The notes: generated from the letters alone by a model not told the origin. A DNA stretch of 64,000 nt from Bacillota bacterium (GCA_040771825.1 JAXGZG010000005.1:99640-163639); one strand, 5' to 3'. Numbered from the stretch's first letter, positions 28,978 through 38,634 are shown. Program-made: numbers and translations.

Positions 28978-30219
28978 CTACCTTGCCATCACGGCCTCAA
29001 TCTCGGCAATCGTTCTGGGAATACCGCGTGAAAGGTTCTCACAACCGTCCTGGGTGACCAGGCAGTTGTCCTCAAGGCGGAACCCGATGCCCCATTCCTC
29101 GCAATAGATACCGACATCAACACAAAAGATCATCCCGGGCTGCAGCGAGCCGCCGCGTACGACGTCATCGTGGACATCAAGGCCGACATGATGCGCTCCG
29201 CCGTGCCACATCAGTTTTCCGACCTCGTCATAAGTATCAACCAGGCCAAGCTGATGCAGAAGCTCGTAGTTGTACTCGCGCGCAAGACGATCCACGTCCG
29301 AGTGCGGCATACCCGGCCGAATTATCGAGAACATGTGGTCTGATGTACGCAGCGCGCACTCATACAAGAGACGTTGGCGCTCAGTGAATCTGCCATCACA
29401 TGGCCAAGCACGGGAGACATCGTTGACCATGCCTTCCCAACGCGCGCCGACATCGTTTAACACCATATCGCCTGCTTGCGCCTGCCCGGTGTAAGAGTAG
29501 TAATGGATGCAGAAGTTGTTCGCGCCGGCGCTGATGATAGGCGGAAAACCTGGCTCCAGTACACCGTGGTCCGTAAGCACGTGGTCAAAGATAGCTTTGT
29601 ACTGGTATTCCCACATGCCGGGGCGCGAGGCGCGCATCATGGCCTCAATAGCTTGCCCGGTGATGCGGATGGATTCGCGCATGGCCTCAATCTCGCACGG
29701 TTCTTTTATCGCACGCGCCTGACTAAAGCGCAGATGGATATTGTTGATGGGCAAAGCTGGGTACTCGTCTCGGCATCTGCGAGCGAAACGGTGCTCAGCA
29801 TTAGGCGGCTCATCGGCGGTAAGCTTGGTTAGGTCCAGGTATACCCGTTGGAAGTGACCGCCCATGGCGCGGGAATGGAACTCGCGTTTGAACTGGTCGA
29901 CATAAGCGATATGCAACACACCGGAGATGGCAGTGCATTCCTCCGCCTTGAGGCGCCTGCCAGACCACCTTTCTGCGAGCGGGTCCGGGCGCTGAATGTA
30001 GAGCGTCTCCGAGACAGTTCCTGCCCGTTTCTCAGCCAGGAACATGATTCCATCTTCGTCGCAGCCAGTCGCATAAAGAAAGTTTCGGTTACAGAAAAAG
30101 CGGTAGTACTGATCAGAACTTTGGCGGGGCGCATGTCCCGAGAAAAGCAGCAATAACGAGTCATCTTCCATGTCCTTATAGATGCGTTGGCGGTTACCGA
30201 CATAATAGGTTCGGTCCAC
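28978..30219 (-). CDS. Xaa-Pro aminopeptidase (M24B family)
   Basis: GTG start after GGAGGAGG. Has an N-terminal AMP_N-like region and a pita-bread catalytic domain with metal-ligand contexts (NDVGARWEG..NDVSR, HHVGLDVHD, EEWGIGFRLED). Confidence 0.85.
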   Translation of the reverse strand: MDRTYYVGNRQRIYKDMEDDSLLLLFSGHAPRQSSDQYYRFFCNRNFLYATGCDEDGIMFLAEKRAGTVSETLYIQRPDPLAERWSGRRLKAEECTAISGVLHIAYVDQFKREFHSRAMGGHFQRVYLDLTKLTADEPPNAEHRFARRCRDEYPALPINNIHLRFSQARAIKEPCEIEAMRESIRITGQAIEAMMRASRPGMWEYQYKAIFDHVLTDHGVLEPGFPPIISAGANNFCIHYYSYTGQAQAGDMVLNDVGARWEGMVNDVSRAWPCDGRFTERQRLLYECALRTSDHMFSIIRPGMPHSDVDRLAREYNYELLHQLGLVDTYDEVGKLMWHGGAHHVGLDVHDDVVRGGSLQPGMIFCVDVGIYCEEWGIGFRLEDNCLVTQDGCENLSRGIPRTIAEIEAVMAR

Positions 30220-30263
30220 GGTTAAAGGCCTCCTCCAAGTCTTTCTTGTCGATTTGGAATGGA

Positions 30264-30781
30264 CTAGCGCAGTAACACTTCCCCTCGCGCGGCGGCAAAT
30301 CCTTGAGTTGAGATCATGGTTGCCAGATCGAAGCGCTGTGCCTCGCCACTCGGGAGATAGTCTTGAGTAAGGTAGTCCTGGTAGATGTACTCGATATCAA
30401 GTCCCTGCTCGGTTGCGGCTCGACGGGCGTACTCGATTGACGCCTAGAATAATCGATCCCCGTAACCTTGAGACCCCTCTTAGCCAGCCGACTTGTGTAG
30501 AGACCAGGCCCGCAGCCTAGGTCTAGCACGCGGTCACCGGGCCTAAGGCGGAAATGCCCTACAAGCCAATCGCAGGTCAAGTCTATTGTGGCAGGCTTCC
30601 GACTGGCCGCGTCGATCTCCGGGTCCAGGTGCGCCTTCAGCATCTCGGAGGAGATGTGAGGATCGTCCCAGAACAAGGGCTCACCAGGCTCAAACAGCGT
30701 GGGTCTCTTGTCCAGGTTCCTAAGCTTACCTATTAGGAGCCCTCCATCGTTGCCGGTTGCTCTCCCGCCTATGTTCATCAT
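30264..30781 (-). pseudogene. SAM-dependent methyltransferase, frameshifted and 3'-truncated
   Basis: The N-terminal 115 aa are intact (FWDDPHISSEMLKAHL..., RVLDLGCGPGLYTSRLAKRGLKVTGIDYSRR). Near 30447 the sense frame switches to SIEYARRAATEQGLDIEYIYQDYLTQDYLPSGEAQRFDLATMI. The sequence ends ~45 nt before the aminopeptidase start, so roughly the last third of the enzyme is missing. Confidence 0.6.
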
Positions 30782-31500
30782 CGCTCAAAACCTCCTGTAC
30801 GCATGTTTCGCCAGAATCGGACGGCGAGCAACCCGGTGATGGCGTCAAGAACCGGACCCCAAGCCATAAAGCCGACAGCCGAAATCGGGCTGGCCAGCAC
30901 GAGCCCGAGAGCGCTTGTTAGGCCGAGCGCGCCGTAGGTAATGAACAGCCCGCGCAGCCACCGATCAACTGTTGTTGCAGTAAAGAGCGGAGCAGCGCAT
31001 AGGGCAGCAATGCCCATGAAAAAACCCCAGCCAAGGATTTCTAGCGAGAACATAACGGAGTCTGATCCATATGGCAGGAATATCTTCAGTTCCTCTACCG
31101 CACCGCGAGTCATACCCTGTCTAATCACTGTGAGCTGGACATAGCGGTTAATGCTGACCATCGCGGCAAACAAGACTGTAAAGACCAAAGCGCTAAGACT
31201 ATACACATGCAGTGTGCGGGGCGAGGTCTCATGGACACAAGCCATCAGGATCACAAGAAGCGGAGCAGCAATAATCGTCACGATACCACCGAAGAGCTGC
31301 ACAGGCTGGGTCGGTGGCATAACCAACTGTCCAAGAACCGCGAGTGCCCCCAACAAGGCGACATAGGCAACGCCCACGACGGTAATTGCCAGGGCCGATA
31401 GGAAGCCAAGCCAGTCAACCGCAGATCCTTTCCTGTGAACCGCAGTGCGAGGAAGACCCTTGCGTGGCAACAGGTGAATCACTCCCTCGATTACCGTCAT
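30778..31500 (-). CDS. polytopic membrane protein, function unknown
   Basis: Hydrophobic ORF with ~6 TM segments. The ATG at 31500 is preferred because the longer 31602 start overlaps the upstream fragment. ATGA stop/start overlap with the downstream methyltransferase remnant. Confidence 0.5.
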   Translation of the reverse strand: MTVIEGVIHLLPRKGLPRTAVHRKGSAVDWLGFLSALAITVVGVAYVALLGALAVLGQLVMPPTQPVQLFGGIVTIIAAPLLVILMACVHETSPRTLHVYSLSALVFTVLFAAMVSINRYVQLTVIRQGMTRGAVEELKIFLPYGSDSVMFSLEILGWGFFMGIAALCAAPLFTATTVDRWLRGLFITYGALGLTSALGLVLASPISAVGFMAWGPVLDAITGLLAVRFWRNMRTGGFER

Positions 31501-31583
31501 TGCGTGGATGGTTCTGCCTATGACAGGCTGATTCCTCTGCGATCTCGACCGAAGGGCGGGCGGAAGGCGCGTCTCCGGCGGCC

Positions 31584-31955
31584 CTATTGGATGCACATCC
31601 AACTGACCCGCTTCGCCATCGCCATGATAGTCATGATAGACGGGTTCCCCAAAGACTTGGGGAACAGCGTCGCGTCCGACACATAGAGGTTCTCCGGTAG
31701 ATGGCGGTGGTGAAAGGTTTGGGCCTCCTCAACAGTGAGCGGCAGCATCCCCCCAGGGTGTCCGCCGTTGATGGTGCCAAGGAATAGGCCGTCCTTGTTG
31801 ACTCCCAGGCGGGCCCAGATATCAGTGCAGACGGCCACGGCCTCAAGCTTGTCGAAGTAGGGCGAAAGGATATAGCCATCTTGCTGGACGACGAAGGGCA
31901 TCGTCATCTCCGTGTTCTGCATACTATCCGGCCACTTGACCGCCACAGTCAGCAC
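31584..31955 (-). pseudogene. C-terminal fragment of a GMC-type FAD oxidoreductase
   Basis: The 123-aa ORF ends in ENLYVSDATLFPKSLGNPSIMTIMAMAKRV, the conserved C-terminal substrate-domain motif of GMC oxidoreductases. No FAD-binding N-terminal domain lies upstream. Confidence 0.4.
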
Positions 31956-32244
31956 AGGGTCAATAAAGAGCCTGCTTTCGAGCCTCTTGCGGCGTGTTGA
32001 CTCGTAGGGTACGCCTGAGCTCCCGGCCTAGTTGGCAGGCGTTTTGGTACAGATGATTCCGTATGGCCACCAAGTCTTGGCTCAACCCGATGGCCTTCTC
32101 GGCTTCTTCTTTGGTAAACAGAGTATGTTGCGCCAGCATCTTGTCGTACGGAGACCTGGAGGTGTCGGGAACCTGGGCGTGGAATGCGTCGGCCGTGAGT
32201 GTGAACAGCTGCCTCATAGGTCTGCAAAGATTTGATGATCAGGC

Positions 32245-32598
32245 TCATCTTGCCACATTCCTGGCCTTGATCTTGCCGTAGAAGCACAGGGCAACGAAGC
32301 CGAACAGCCCATCTATTAAGCAGTTAGCCAGGTAGATCAAATATGGCCCATGCGCTAGGAACTGATACAGTGAGAGCGCGGCTGAAGCGAGTTTGGCATT
32401 GGCCAGCAAGAAAGGAAATTGCCCTTCATCGGGGTGACGGTACATCAGATAGGCCAAAAGCGTCACCAAGTACATGTAGGCCGCCGCCAGGATGAGGTAG
32501 AAACTCGCGCCAACGACCGGAGAGCGGTGAAAAGACTCGGTTCTGGGTTTGGGAATCGTCAAAGGGTTACATAGTACAAATACCTTCTCATGCTGCAT
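32245..32598 (-). CDS. small membrane protein, function unknown
   Basis: About 3 hydrophobic helices. A TTG at 32562 would form a TTGA stop/start overlap with the frame-corrected upstream gene. Confidence 0.4.
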   Translation of the reverse strand: MQHEKVFVLCNPLTIPKPRTESFHRSPVVGASFYLILAAAYMYLVTLLAYLMYRHPDEGQFPFLLANAKLASAALSLYQFLAHGPYLIYLANCLIDGLFGFVALCFYGKIKARNVAR

Positions 32599-33013
32599 CG
32601 GTCAGGGTCGTATAGGGTTGGGTCTCCAACTGACTGCGTGAAGGCGCTGCGATAGAGGCATTCATTTCCCTCCTGCATGTACTCCTCACGGAGTTGGATG
32701 GCCGCCTGTCGTTTGCGCTGCATAAGCTCGTAATCGGAGGTCGATCCCTGCGGTACCGCTCGGCTAGACTTGCGCCGGCATCAGTCAGCCGGTACTCCCC
32801 GCCGGCCAAGACAAGAATCCCCTTTTCCCGTAGCAGTTGATAAGCATCGCGCCAATCTACTAGGAACTCACCGAAGTACTTCGAGGCCTCCTCTAGGTCC
32901 TTCGGGTAAAAACCGTAGCTGTTATTGTTAGGAGTCTCGATGGGTCTCTCCAGTTCTACTACCGCTATCATGAGCTGAATCTCTGCTTCACTGAGGTTCG
33001 TCGTTGTCACCAC
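32559..33013 (-). pseudogene. hypothetical protein with an apparent 1-nt frameshift near 32745 (or assembly error)
   Basis: The first ~93 aa (…GEYRLTDAGASLAERYRRDRPP) are protein-like. The listed ORF then becomes low-complexity, while the adjacent frame reads DYELMQRKRQAAIQLREEYMQEGNECLYRSAFTQSVGDPTLYDPDRC. The switch sits at CCTCCGAT; one more C would restore the frame. Confidence 0.35.
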
Positions 33014-33171
33014 CCATCCACTCTACGGGGGTCGGGTCCGAACAGCTTATGCGTCTCCGACGGTTACTTTACCGCATTTGTATCGTAGAGTAACACTGCA
33101 AAACATTGATCTGCAAAACATTGATCTGGTATCCGGCAGCCCCGATCGAATACGATTTCGGAGGGAACTTT

Positions 33172-34077
33172 GTGAGCGCCAAACAACGGAACTACACAGA
33201 CCGGCCCGGCTTCACTGACGACTTCTTCAGAGTGCGCGACTTCCTAAAAAGGATCCACGAACCTGGGTACAAAGACGAAAACTGGCTATGGTCACGGTGG
33301 GAGTACATGTTTTCCCACCCTCAACTGGACGAAACCCATCTTTCCAGAATCGGTGTATGGGAGGACGGAGACAAGATCGTCGCCCTGGCCAACTACGAGG
33401 ATCTCCTCGGACACGCATGGTTCTCCTTTGACAAAGCCTACGCGCACCTCAAGCCCGAGTTGCTCGACTACGCCGCACAGCACCTCTCTCGGGAGAACGG
33501 GGACGGGACCAAGAGCGTCCGCGTCCTCATAAACGACCACGACACCGAGTTCCAAAGCATGGCGAAGGAGCACGGATTTGTCCAGACAGAGAGCGGCGAA
33601 CCAACTTCTGAGTACTTACCGCCCGCCACGTTCCCGGATACGACGCCGCCTAAGGGCTTTTCTATTGTCACCCTGGCCGATGAAAACGACCTAAGGAAGA
33701 TTGACCGCGCGCTTTGGAGAGGGTTCGACCATCCCGGCGAACCGCCTGCGGATGGAACTGAAGATCGGAAGAAGATGCAGTCAGGTCCAGACTTTCGTAG
33801 GGATCTGACGATAGCGGTAAAGGCTCCCGACGGAAACTTCGTCTCTTTCTGCGGAATGTGGTATGTTCGAGACACGGAGTATGCGCTGGTGGAGCCCGTA
33901 GCTACCGATCCCGATTACCGCGGACTAGGCTTGGGCCGATGCGCGGTTCTGGAAGGCATTCGACGCTCTGTGAACGAAGGAGCCAAGGTAGCCTACGTGG
34001 GTTCGTCTCAAGAGTTCTACCTCCGCATAGGCTTCAGACTGCTGTTTTACTCCCATTGGTGGGAGAAGCAGGTTTAG
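33172..34077 (+). CDS. GNAT family N-acetyltransferase (copy 2)
   Basis: GTG at 33172 after GGAGGGA, the same start context as copy 1. Motif VATDPDYRGLGLGRCAVLEGI is conserved. Confidence 0.7.
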   Translation: MSAKQRNYTDRPGFTDDFFRVRDFLKRIHEPGYKDENWLWSRWEYMFSHPQLDETHLSRIGVWEDGDKIVALANYEDLLGHAWFSFDKAYAHLKPELLDYAAQHLSRENGDGTKSVRVLINDHDTEFQSMAKEHGFVQTESGEPTSEYLPPATFPDTTPPKGFSIVTLADENDLRKIDRALWRGFDHPGEPPADGTEDRKKMQSGPDFRRDLTIAVKAPDGNFVSFCGMWYVRDTEYALVEPVATDPDYRGLGLGRCAVLEGIRRSVNEGAKVAYVGSSQEFYLRIGFRLLFYSHWWEKQV

Positions 34078-34172
34078 TGCGGGCAAGCACGGAACGGCAC
34101 ACGCTGTGACGCGCCGGTCCAAGAAGGCACATTTCGAGACGTTATTCGAGACGTTAAAGGAGGCCATCGCGA

Positions 34173-35006
34173 ATGTTTCCGGAACCGACTGACAATCACC
34201 CGAGTGATAAAGGGCAGCCGCATGCCCATCTTCGTCTGGAAAGACCAGAGGACTATCGCCTGGTCGAGGAACTGACTCGTGAGGCTTTCTGGGGCACCAA
34301 TAATCCGAGTTGCGATGAGCATCTCTTGGTACATAAGCTCCGCAAGGTTCCGGCGTTCATACCAGAACTTGATTTCGTCGCCGAGGTCGACGGCAAAATA
34401 GTCGGCAACATCATGTACTCCAAGGCAAAAATCGTCGACGAAGCCAGCAGAGAGCACGAGGTAATTACGTTTGGTCCTATAAGCGTGCTGCCGCAGTATC
34501 AGAACAAAGGCATCGGCAAGATGCTCTTGAGGCATACCATCGTTGAAGCGAAACGCCTCGGGTATCGCGCAATCGTGTTCTTCGGCCATCCCGACTACTA
34601 TCCACGAGTCGGGTTTCGGAGAGCCGAGGAGTTCAGTATCACCACGGCAAGCGGCAAGAACTTCGACGCGTTCATGGCGATGCCACTCTATGACGGCGCG
34701 TTCGACGGCATAACCGGCCGGTTCTACGAAGACCCGGTTTTCGAGGTCGATGCCGCGGAGGCTCTGGAGTTCGATAAGGGTTTCCCTCACAAGGAAACGA
34801 ATACCCTAAAACCGATAGACGTCTTGCTGGAGAAGCTAGGTGCCCCAGCACAGGCTGGTATTCGAGAACATGGAGTAAAAGCGTTGGCCGGGCTGAACTG
34901 CTACAGCGGACGCGAGATCGCCTCGTGGCCGGGGATCGATGAAACCGCAAAGACCGTCATCAACGCTACGCTGGTGGAGCATGGGTACCACAAGAAGGTG
35001 TTTTGA
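34173..35006 (+). CDS. GNAT family N-acetyltransferase with C-terminal extension (copy 2)
   Basis: ATG after AAAGGAGG. Motif A VLPQYQNKGIGKMLLRH. Paralogue of 12379-13212. Confidence 0.75.
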   Translation: MFPEPTDNHPSDKGQPHAHLRLERPEDYRLVEELTREAFWGTNNPSCDEHLLVHKLRKVPAFIPELDFVAEVDGKIVGNIMYSKAKIVDEASREHEVITFGPISVLPQYQNKGIGKMLLRHTIVEAKRLGYRAIVFFGHPDYYPRVGFRRAEEFSITTASGKNFDAFMAMPLYDGAFDGITGRFYEDPVFEVDAAEALEFDKGFPHKETNTLKPIDVLLEKLGAPAQAGIREHGVKALAGLNCYSGREIASWPGIDETAKTVINATLVEHGYHKKVF

Positions 35007-35183
35007 AGGGGATTCGACATCGATAAGTGACAACCACGCCTTGAGCGACTTCTCCACGGCCTGCTGCGCATGGAATCCGAAGACCTCATCAGCAAACACA
35101 TCGGGGTCGGTCATGCCGACCAGAGCTTTGAAGTCCCTACCTACAGCGAAAAGCATGTGACGAACCTGATCATAAGGCGCCAT
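35007..35183 (-). pseudogene. HEPN domain toxin gene, 3'-truncated at the duplication junction
   Basis: The first 59 codons are HEPN-like (…FGFHAQQAVEKSLKAWLSLIDVESP). From 35006 downward the frame is merely antisense to the GNAT gene. The start overlaps the MNT gene by 14 nt, as in MNT-HEPN operons. Confidence 0.6.
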
Positions 35184-35505
35184 ACAGGAATCGCCCCTCT
35201 TTCAGAGCCTTAGCTATTACATGGTTGCGGGAATCTCGCCAGCGATCCACCTCGTCTCTGCTGTAGACCAGGATATCTTTGGATACAGGGTACTTGGCGA
35301 GAGCCTTCCACAGAAGAGTCATTTTCTGACGCCTGCCATTCCCAGGACCGTAGGGCGCGGACTCGATAACCATAAGGTCGACGTCAGAATCCGCCGCAGC
35401 CCCATCAGTGGCTTGGGATCCGAAGAGAATAATCGCCTCAGGGCTGACCTGCCGCGCAATGACAGAGGCCATGTCGAGTATCATATCTTCCGTGATGCTT
35501 GGCAT
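35170..35505 (-). CDS. minimal nucleotidyltransferase (MNT-type antitoxin-like)
   Basis: ATG at 35505. Motif ILFGSQATDGAAADSDVDLMVI (GS...DxD polymerase-beta-type NTase). Confidence 0.75.
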   Translation of the reverse strand: MPSITEDMILDMASVIARQVSPEAIILFGSQATDGAAADSDVDLMVIESAPYGPGNGRRQKMTLLWKALAKYPVSKDILVYSRDEVDRWRDSRNHVIAKALKEGRFLYGAL

Positions 35506-35597
35506 CGTCCAACCTCCTCCACCATTGTCCTCGCAAGCCAATTGTCGCAGGCGCAGCCGTAAGGGTCAAACTCGCCGGCACATCACTTGTCCGCCGT

Positions 35598-38582
35598 CTA
35601 GTAGTACTGCTTTATATAGCCGTAAGCCCTGTCAAACAAATCCTGGTCAGTGTGGAGTTTGTACTTCAGCAGTGTCTTGCGGAGTTCCTTTTGTACTAGG
35701 CGCTCGCCCTGCGAAGTGTATTGCCATTCGGGGAAACGTACCTTCTTCACGATTTCGTCGATGTCGGCGACAATGCGCTCCACAATAATGTGAGTGTGAC
35801 TGCTTTTGGCCTCCATGAAGATCTCCGTAAGCGCTTCCTTGGCCCTATCCTGCTCTTCTTCTGGTTCCGTCTCTCGTTCGGCTTCAACAACCTCTCTGGC
35901 GATCTCAAGAATCTCCTTCAAGAACTCCAGACTGTTGGTGAACCCCTGTTCATGACGTTCTCGGATCCGCTCTAGCCTCTCGCCTAGAGCGGTGAATCGA
36001 GGATCTCTTTGGTGCTTGCGAAGTCGGGCGATGATCTTGATCTCGATCTCACGCGCTTTCTTCCCAGGCTCAGCATCCTTGAGGATCTTGGCCAAGACGT
36101 CAGCGTCCATGACCAGAGTCTCCACGTCATTACGCACAGACTCGACGTGAACATTCTGGTTAATGAGTTCAATGGTTTTCGCGCCCAAGGCATGCCACAA
36201 GAGCCTGCCATTACCGCTGGGAGGTTTGACCGACTCGTACACCTGGGTCAGCCAGCGGTAGTCTATCTCGTACTGACCTAGCATCGGACAAGGTGAGAGC
36301 GCCTCCCAAATGGTTCCCAACGCCGAGTATTCCGCCGCAAACCTATCACGGACTTCGTTGTTGGGAAGGCGCTGCTGCGCAGCCATTAGGCCTTCATATC
36401 CACCAACGTTGCGCTCCACGCCGGTGAAAAACGCCAAGCACCTCTGCATCTGTATGGGCAACAATCGCCGGAGTTCATCGATGTTCGATACCACTTGCTG
36501 CACGGCTTTCTCATCGAAATCGAGAGCATTAGCGACGTCATCGAAGATACCGACGTAGTCGACAATGAGGCCGTGGGTCTTCTCCTGGCCAAACGTGCGG
36601 TTGGTCCGGCAGATTGCCTGCAGTAGGCTGTGATCTTTCATCGGCTTATCGAGGTACATTACTTGGAGAATCGGAGCGTCAAAACCAGTCAGAAGCTTGT
36701 TGGTTACGATGACAAACTTCAAAGGATCGACCGGATCGCGAAAGCGGTCTAATAGCTTCTCCTCTGCTTCTTTATCACGGATGTGCGGTTTCCAGTCATC
36801 GGGGTCACCTTGCGCGCCGGTCATTACCACAGCGCTCGCTTCAGGGCAGATCAGTTGGTCCATTATGCTTTTGTAAAGAACGCAGCACTCACGGTCGAAC
36901 ACCACAACTTGAGCCTTGAACCCGTTGGGCTCTATCTTCGTCCGAAAGTGGTCGATTATGTGTTCGACCACAGCTCGCATGCGTTCGGGGTTCTTCACTA
37001 ACACTGCCATTTTCGCGGCCCGTTTGGCGAGATCGTCACGGTCTTGCTCGCCCAGATGACCGGTCATCTGTTCGTAGGCCTCGTCAATAGCAGCTTTGTC
37101 GATCTTGAGCCTTACTTCTGGCGCTTCGAAGTGGAGCGGCAGAGTCGCCTTGTCACGTATCGAATCCTGAAAGGAGTACCGGCTCATGTAACCGTGGACG
37201 TCCTCGTCGGCGCCAAAGGCCCAGAACGTGTTGTGGTCCGCCCTGTTAATGGGGGTACCCGTAAGTCCAAAAAGGAATGCGTTGGGTAGAGCCTCACGCA
37301 TCTTGCGCCCCAGATCGCCTTCCTGTGTGCGGTGAGCTTCATCGACCATGACAATGATGTTGGACCGTTCATTCAGCATACCCGAAGCTTCGCCGAATTT
37401 ATGGATGGTGGTGATAAGGACTTTTCGGACATCCTGAACAAGCAGCGTTTGCAGCTCCTGCCGGGCCATGACGCTAACCATATTGGGCACGTCGGAAGCG
37501 TTGAACGTCGCGGTGATCTGCGTGTCAAGGTCAACACGGTCGACCACTATCAGTACGGTGGGGTTACTCAGTTTCCGATGCATCCTCAGTTTCTGAGCGG
37601 CAAAGACCATAAGAAGGGATTTTCCGCTGCCCTGAAAGTGCCAAATGAGACCCTTTTTCGGGTAACCCTTTACTACCCTGTCAACAATCTGGTTGGTCGT
37701 AAAGTATTGCTGATATCGGCATATGAGCTTTATGCGTCGATGTTTCTTGTCCGTGGCGAAGAGGGTGAAGTTCTGCATGATGTCAAGCACAACGTCCGGA
37801 CGCAGCATACTGGCGACCGACGCCTTGACATGGTGCAATTGGCCTTCTGCCTGGTTTTCTTCGTCGCGCCATGGCCCCCACATATCAATAGGCATACGGA
37901 TGGAACCGTAGCGGAAGAGACGGCCTTCGGTGGCAAACGAGAAAACGTTAGGCACGAACATGGCAGGCACTTGCTTTTCATATATCTCATTCACCTGATA
38001 AGCGCCATCGAACCACGTGACTGCGCTGCGGGTAGGTGTCTTGGCCTCCCCGATTACCAGCGGAAGTCCGTTGACGATGAAGACTACGTCGAATCGCTTC
38101 TCAACTGAACCCGTCTGATAGGTCCATTGATTGGAGACCACAAATCGGTTGTTGGAGGGGCTGCCCGCGTCCACCAAACGGATGGTTACATGCTGGCCGT
38201 TTGGACCGAATGGCATCGACTTCTCGCCTCTGAGCCAAGCCATGAAGTTCTCGTTAGCCCGGACTAGCCCGTCAGCTCGCACAGATAGGATGCAAGCACG
38301 GAGGTTGTAGATTACCTCATCGGCTCGATCAGGCTGGGCAGCGATTTCGGGGTTGAGGTGGATAAGGGCTTCGCGCACCCATGACTCTACCATGACTTCG
38401 CCGGTCTGGCGGGGCAGTTGGGGGCCGGGCACGTAATCCCAGTGGAGGGGTTTGAGTTCGTGACCGAGTGAGCTGGCCCAGCCGGGGCCGTGCTCGCGGA
38501 CCTTCCAACGCTCTGCGCCACTGCCCTTAGTGACAGTGTCGAGGATCATCTTTTCGACGGTGTTGGACTCGTAGAAAGCCAT
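35598..38582 (-). CDS. hsdR: type I restriction endonuclease subunit R
   Basis: 994 aa. N-terminal nuclease-like region, SF2 motor with GSGKS and MVDEAHRTQEG (DEAH), and a helical C-terminal domain. Confidence 0.9.
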   Translation of the reverse strand: MAFYESNTVEKMILDTVTKGSGAERWKVREHGPGWASSLGHELKPLHWDYVPGPQLPRQTGEVMVESWVREALIHLNPEIAAQPDRADEVIYNLRACILSVRADGLVRANENFMAWLRGEKSMPFGPNGQHVTIRLVDAGSPSNNRFVVSNQWTYQTGSVEKRFDVVFIVNGLPLVIGEAKTPTRSAVTWFDGAYQVNEIYEKQVPAMFVPNVFSFATEGRLFRYGSIRMPIDMWGPWRDEENQAEGQLHHVKASVASMLRPDVVLDIMQNFTLFATDKKHRRIKLICRYQQYFTTNQIVDRVVKGYPKKGLIWHFQGSGKSLLMVFAAQKLRMHRKLSNPTVLIVVDRVDLDTQITATFNASDVPNMVSVMARQELQTLLVQDVRKVLITTIHKFGEASGMLNERSNIIVMVDEAHRTQEGDLGRKMREALPNAFLFGLTGTPINRADHNTFWAFGADEDVHGYMSRYSFQDSIRDKATLPLHFEAPEVRLKIDKAAIDEAYEQMTGHLGEQDRDDLAKRAAKMAVLVKNPERMRAVVEHIIDHFRTKIEPNGFKAQVVVFDRECCVLYKSIMDQLICPEASAVVMTGAQGDPDDWKPHIRDKEAEEKLLDRFRDPVDPLKFVIVTNKLLTGFDAPILQVMYLDKPMKDHSLLQAICRTNRTFGQEKTHGLIVDYVGIFDDVANALDFDEKAVQQVVSNIDELRRLLPIQMQRCLAFFTGVERNVGGYEGLMAAQQRLPNNEVRDRFAAEYSALGTIWEALSPCPMLGQYEIDYRWLTQVYESVKPPSGNGRLLWHALGAKTIELINQNVHVESVRNDVETLVMDADVLAKILKDAEPGKKAREIEIKIIARLRKHQRDPRFTALGERLERIRERHEQGFTNSLEFLKEILEIAREVVEAERETEPEEEQDRAKEALTEIFMEAKSSHTHIIVERIVADIDEIVKKVRFPEWQYTSQGERLVQKELRKTLLKYKLHTDQDLFDRAYGYIKQYY

Positions 38583-38634
38583 ACCGCTGCCCCCTCAAAT
38601 GCTCTTCAAACACAGGATGCATTAGGTTCTTCAC

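Larger units (their letters stand above)
33061..35006 (+). repeat. segmental duplication, copy 2 (two-gene GNAT cassette)
   Basis: Collinear with 11311-13206. Carries an extra 15-bp tandem duplication (CTGCAAAACATTGAT x2, 33096-33125) in the leader. Its right edge abuts a truncated HEPN gene. Confidence 0.85.
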
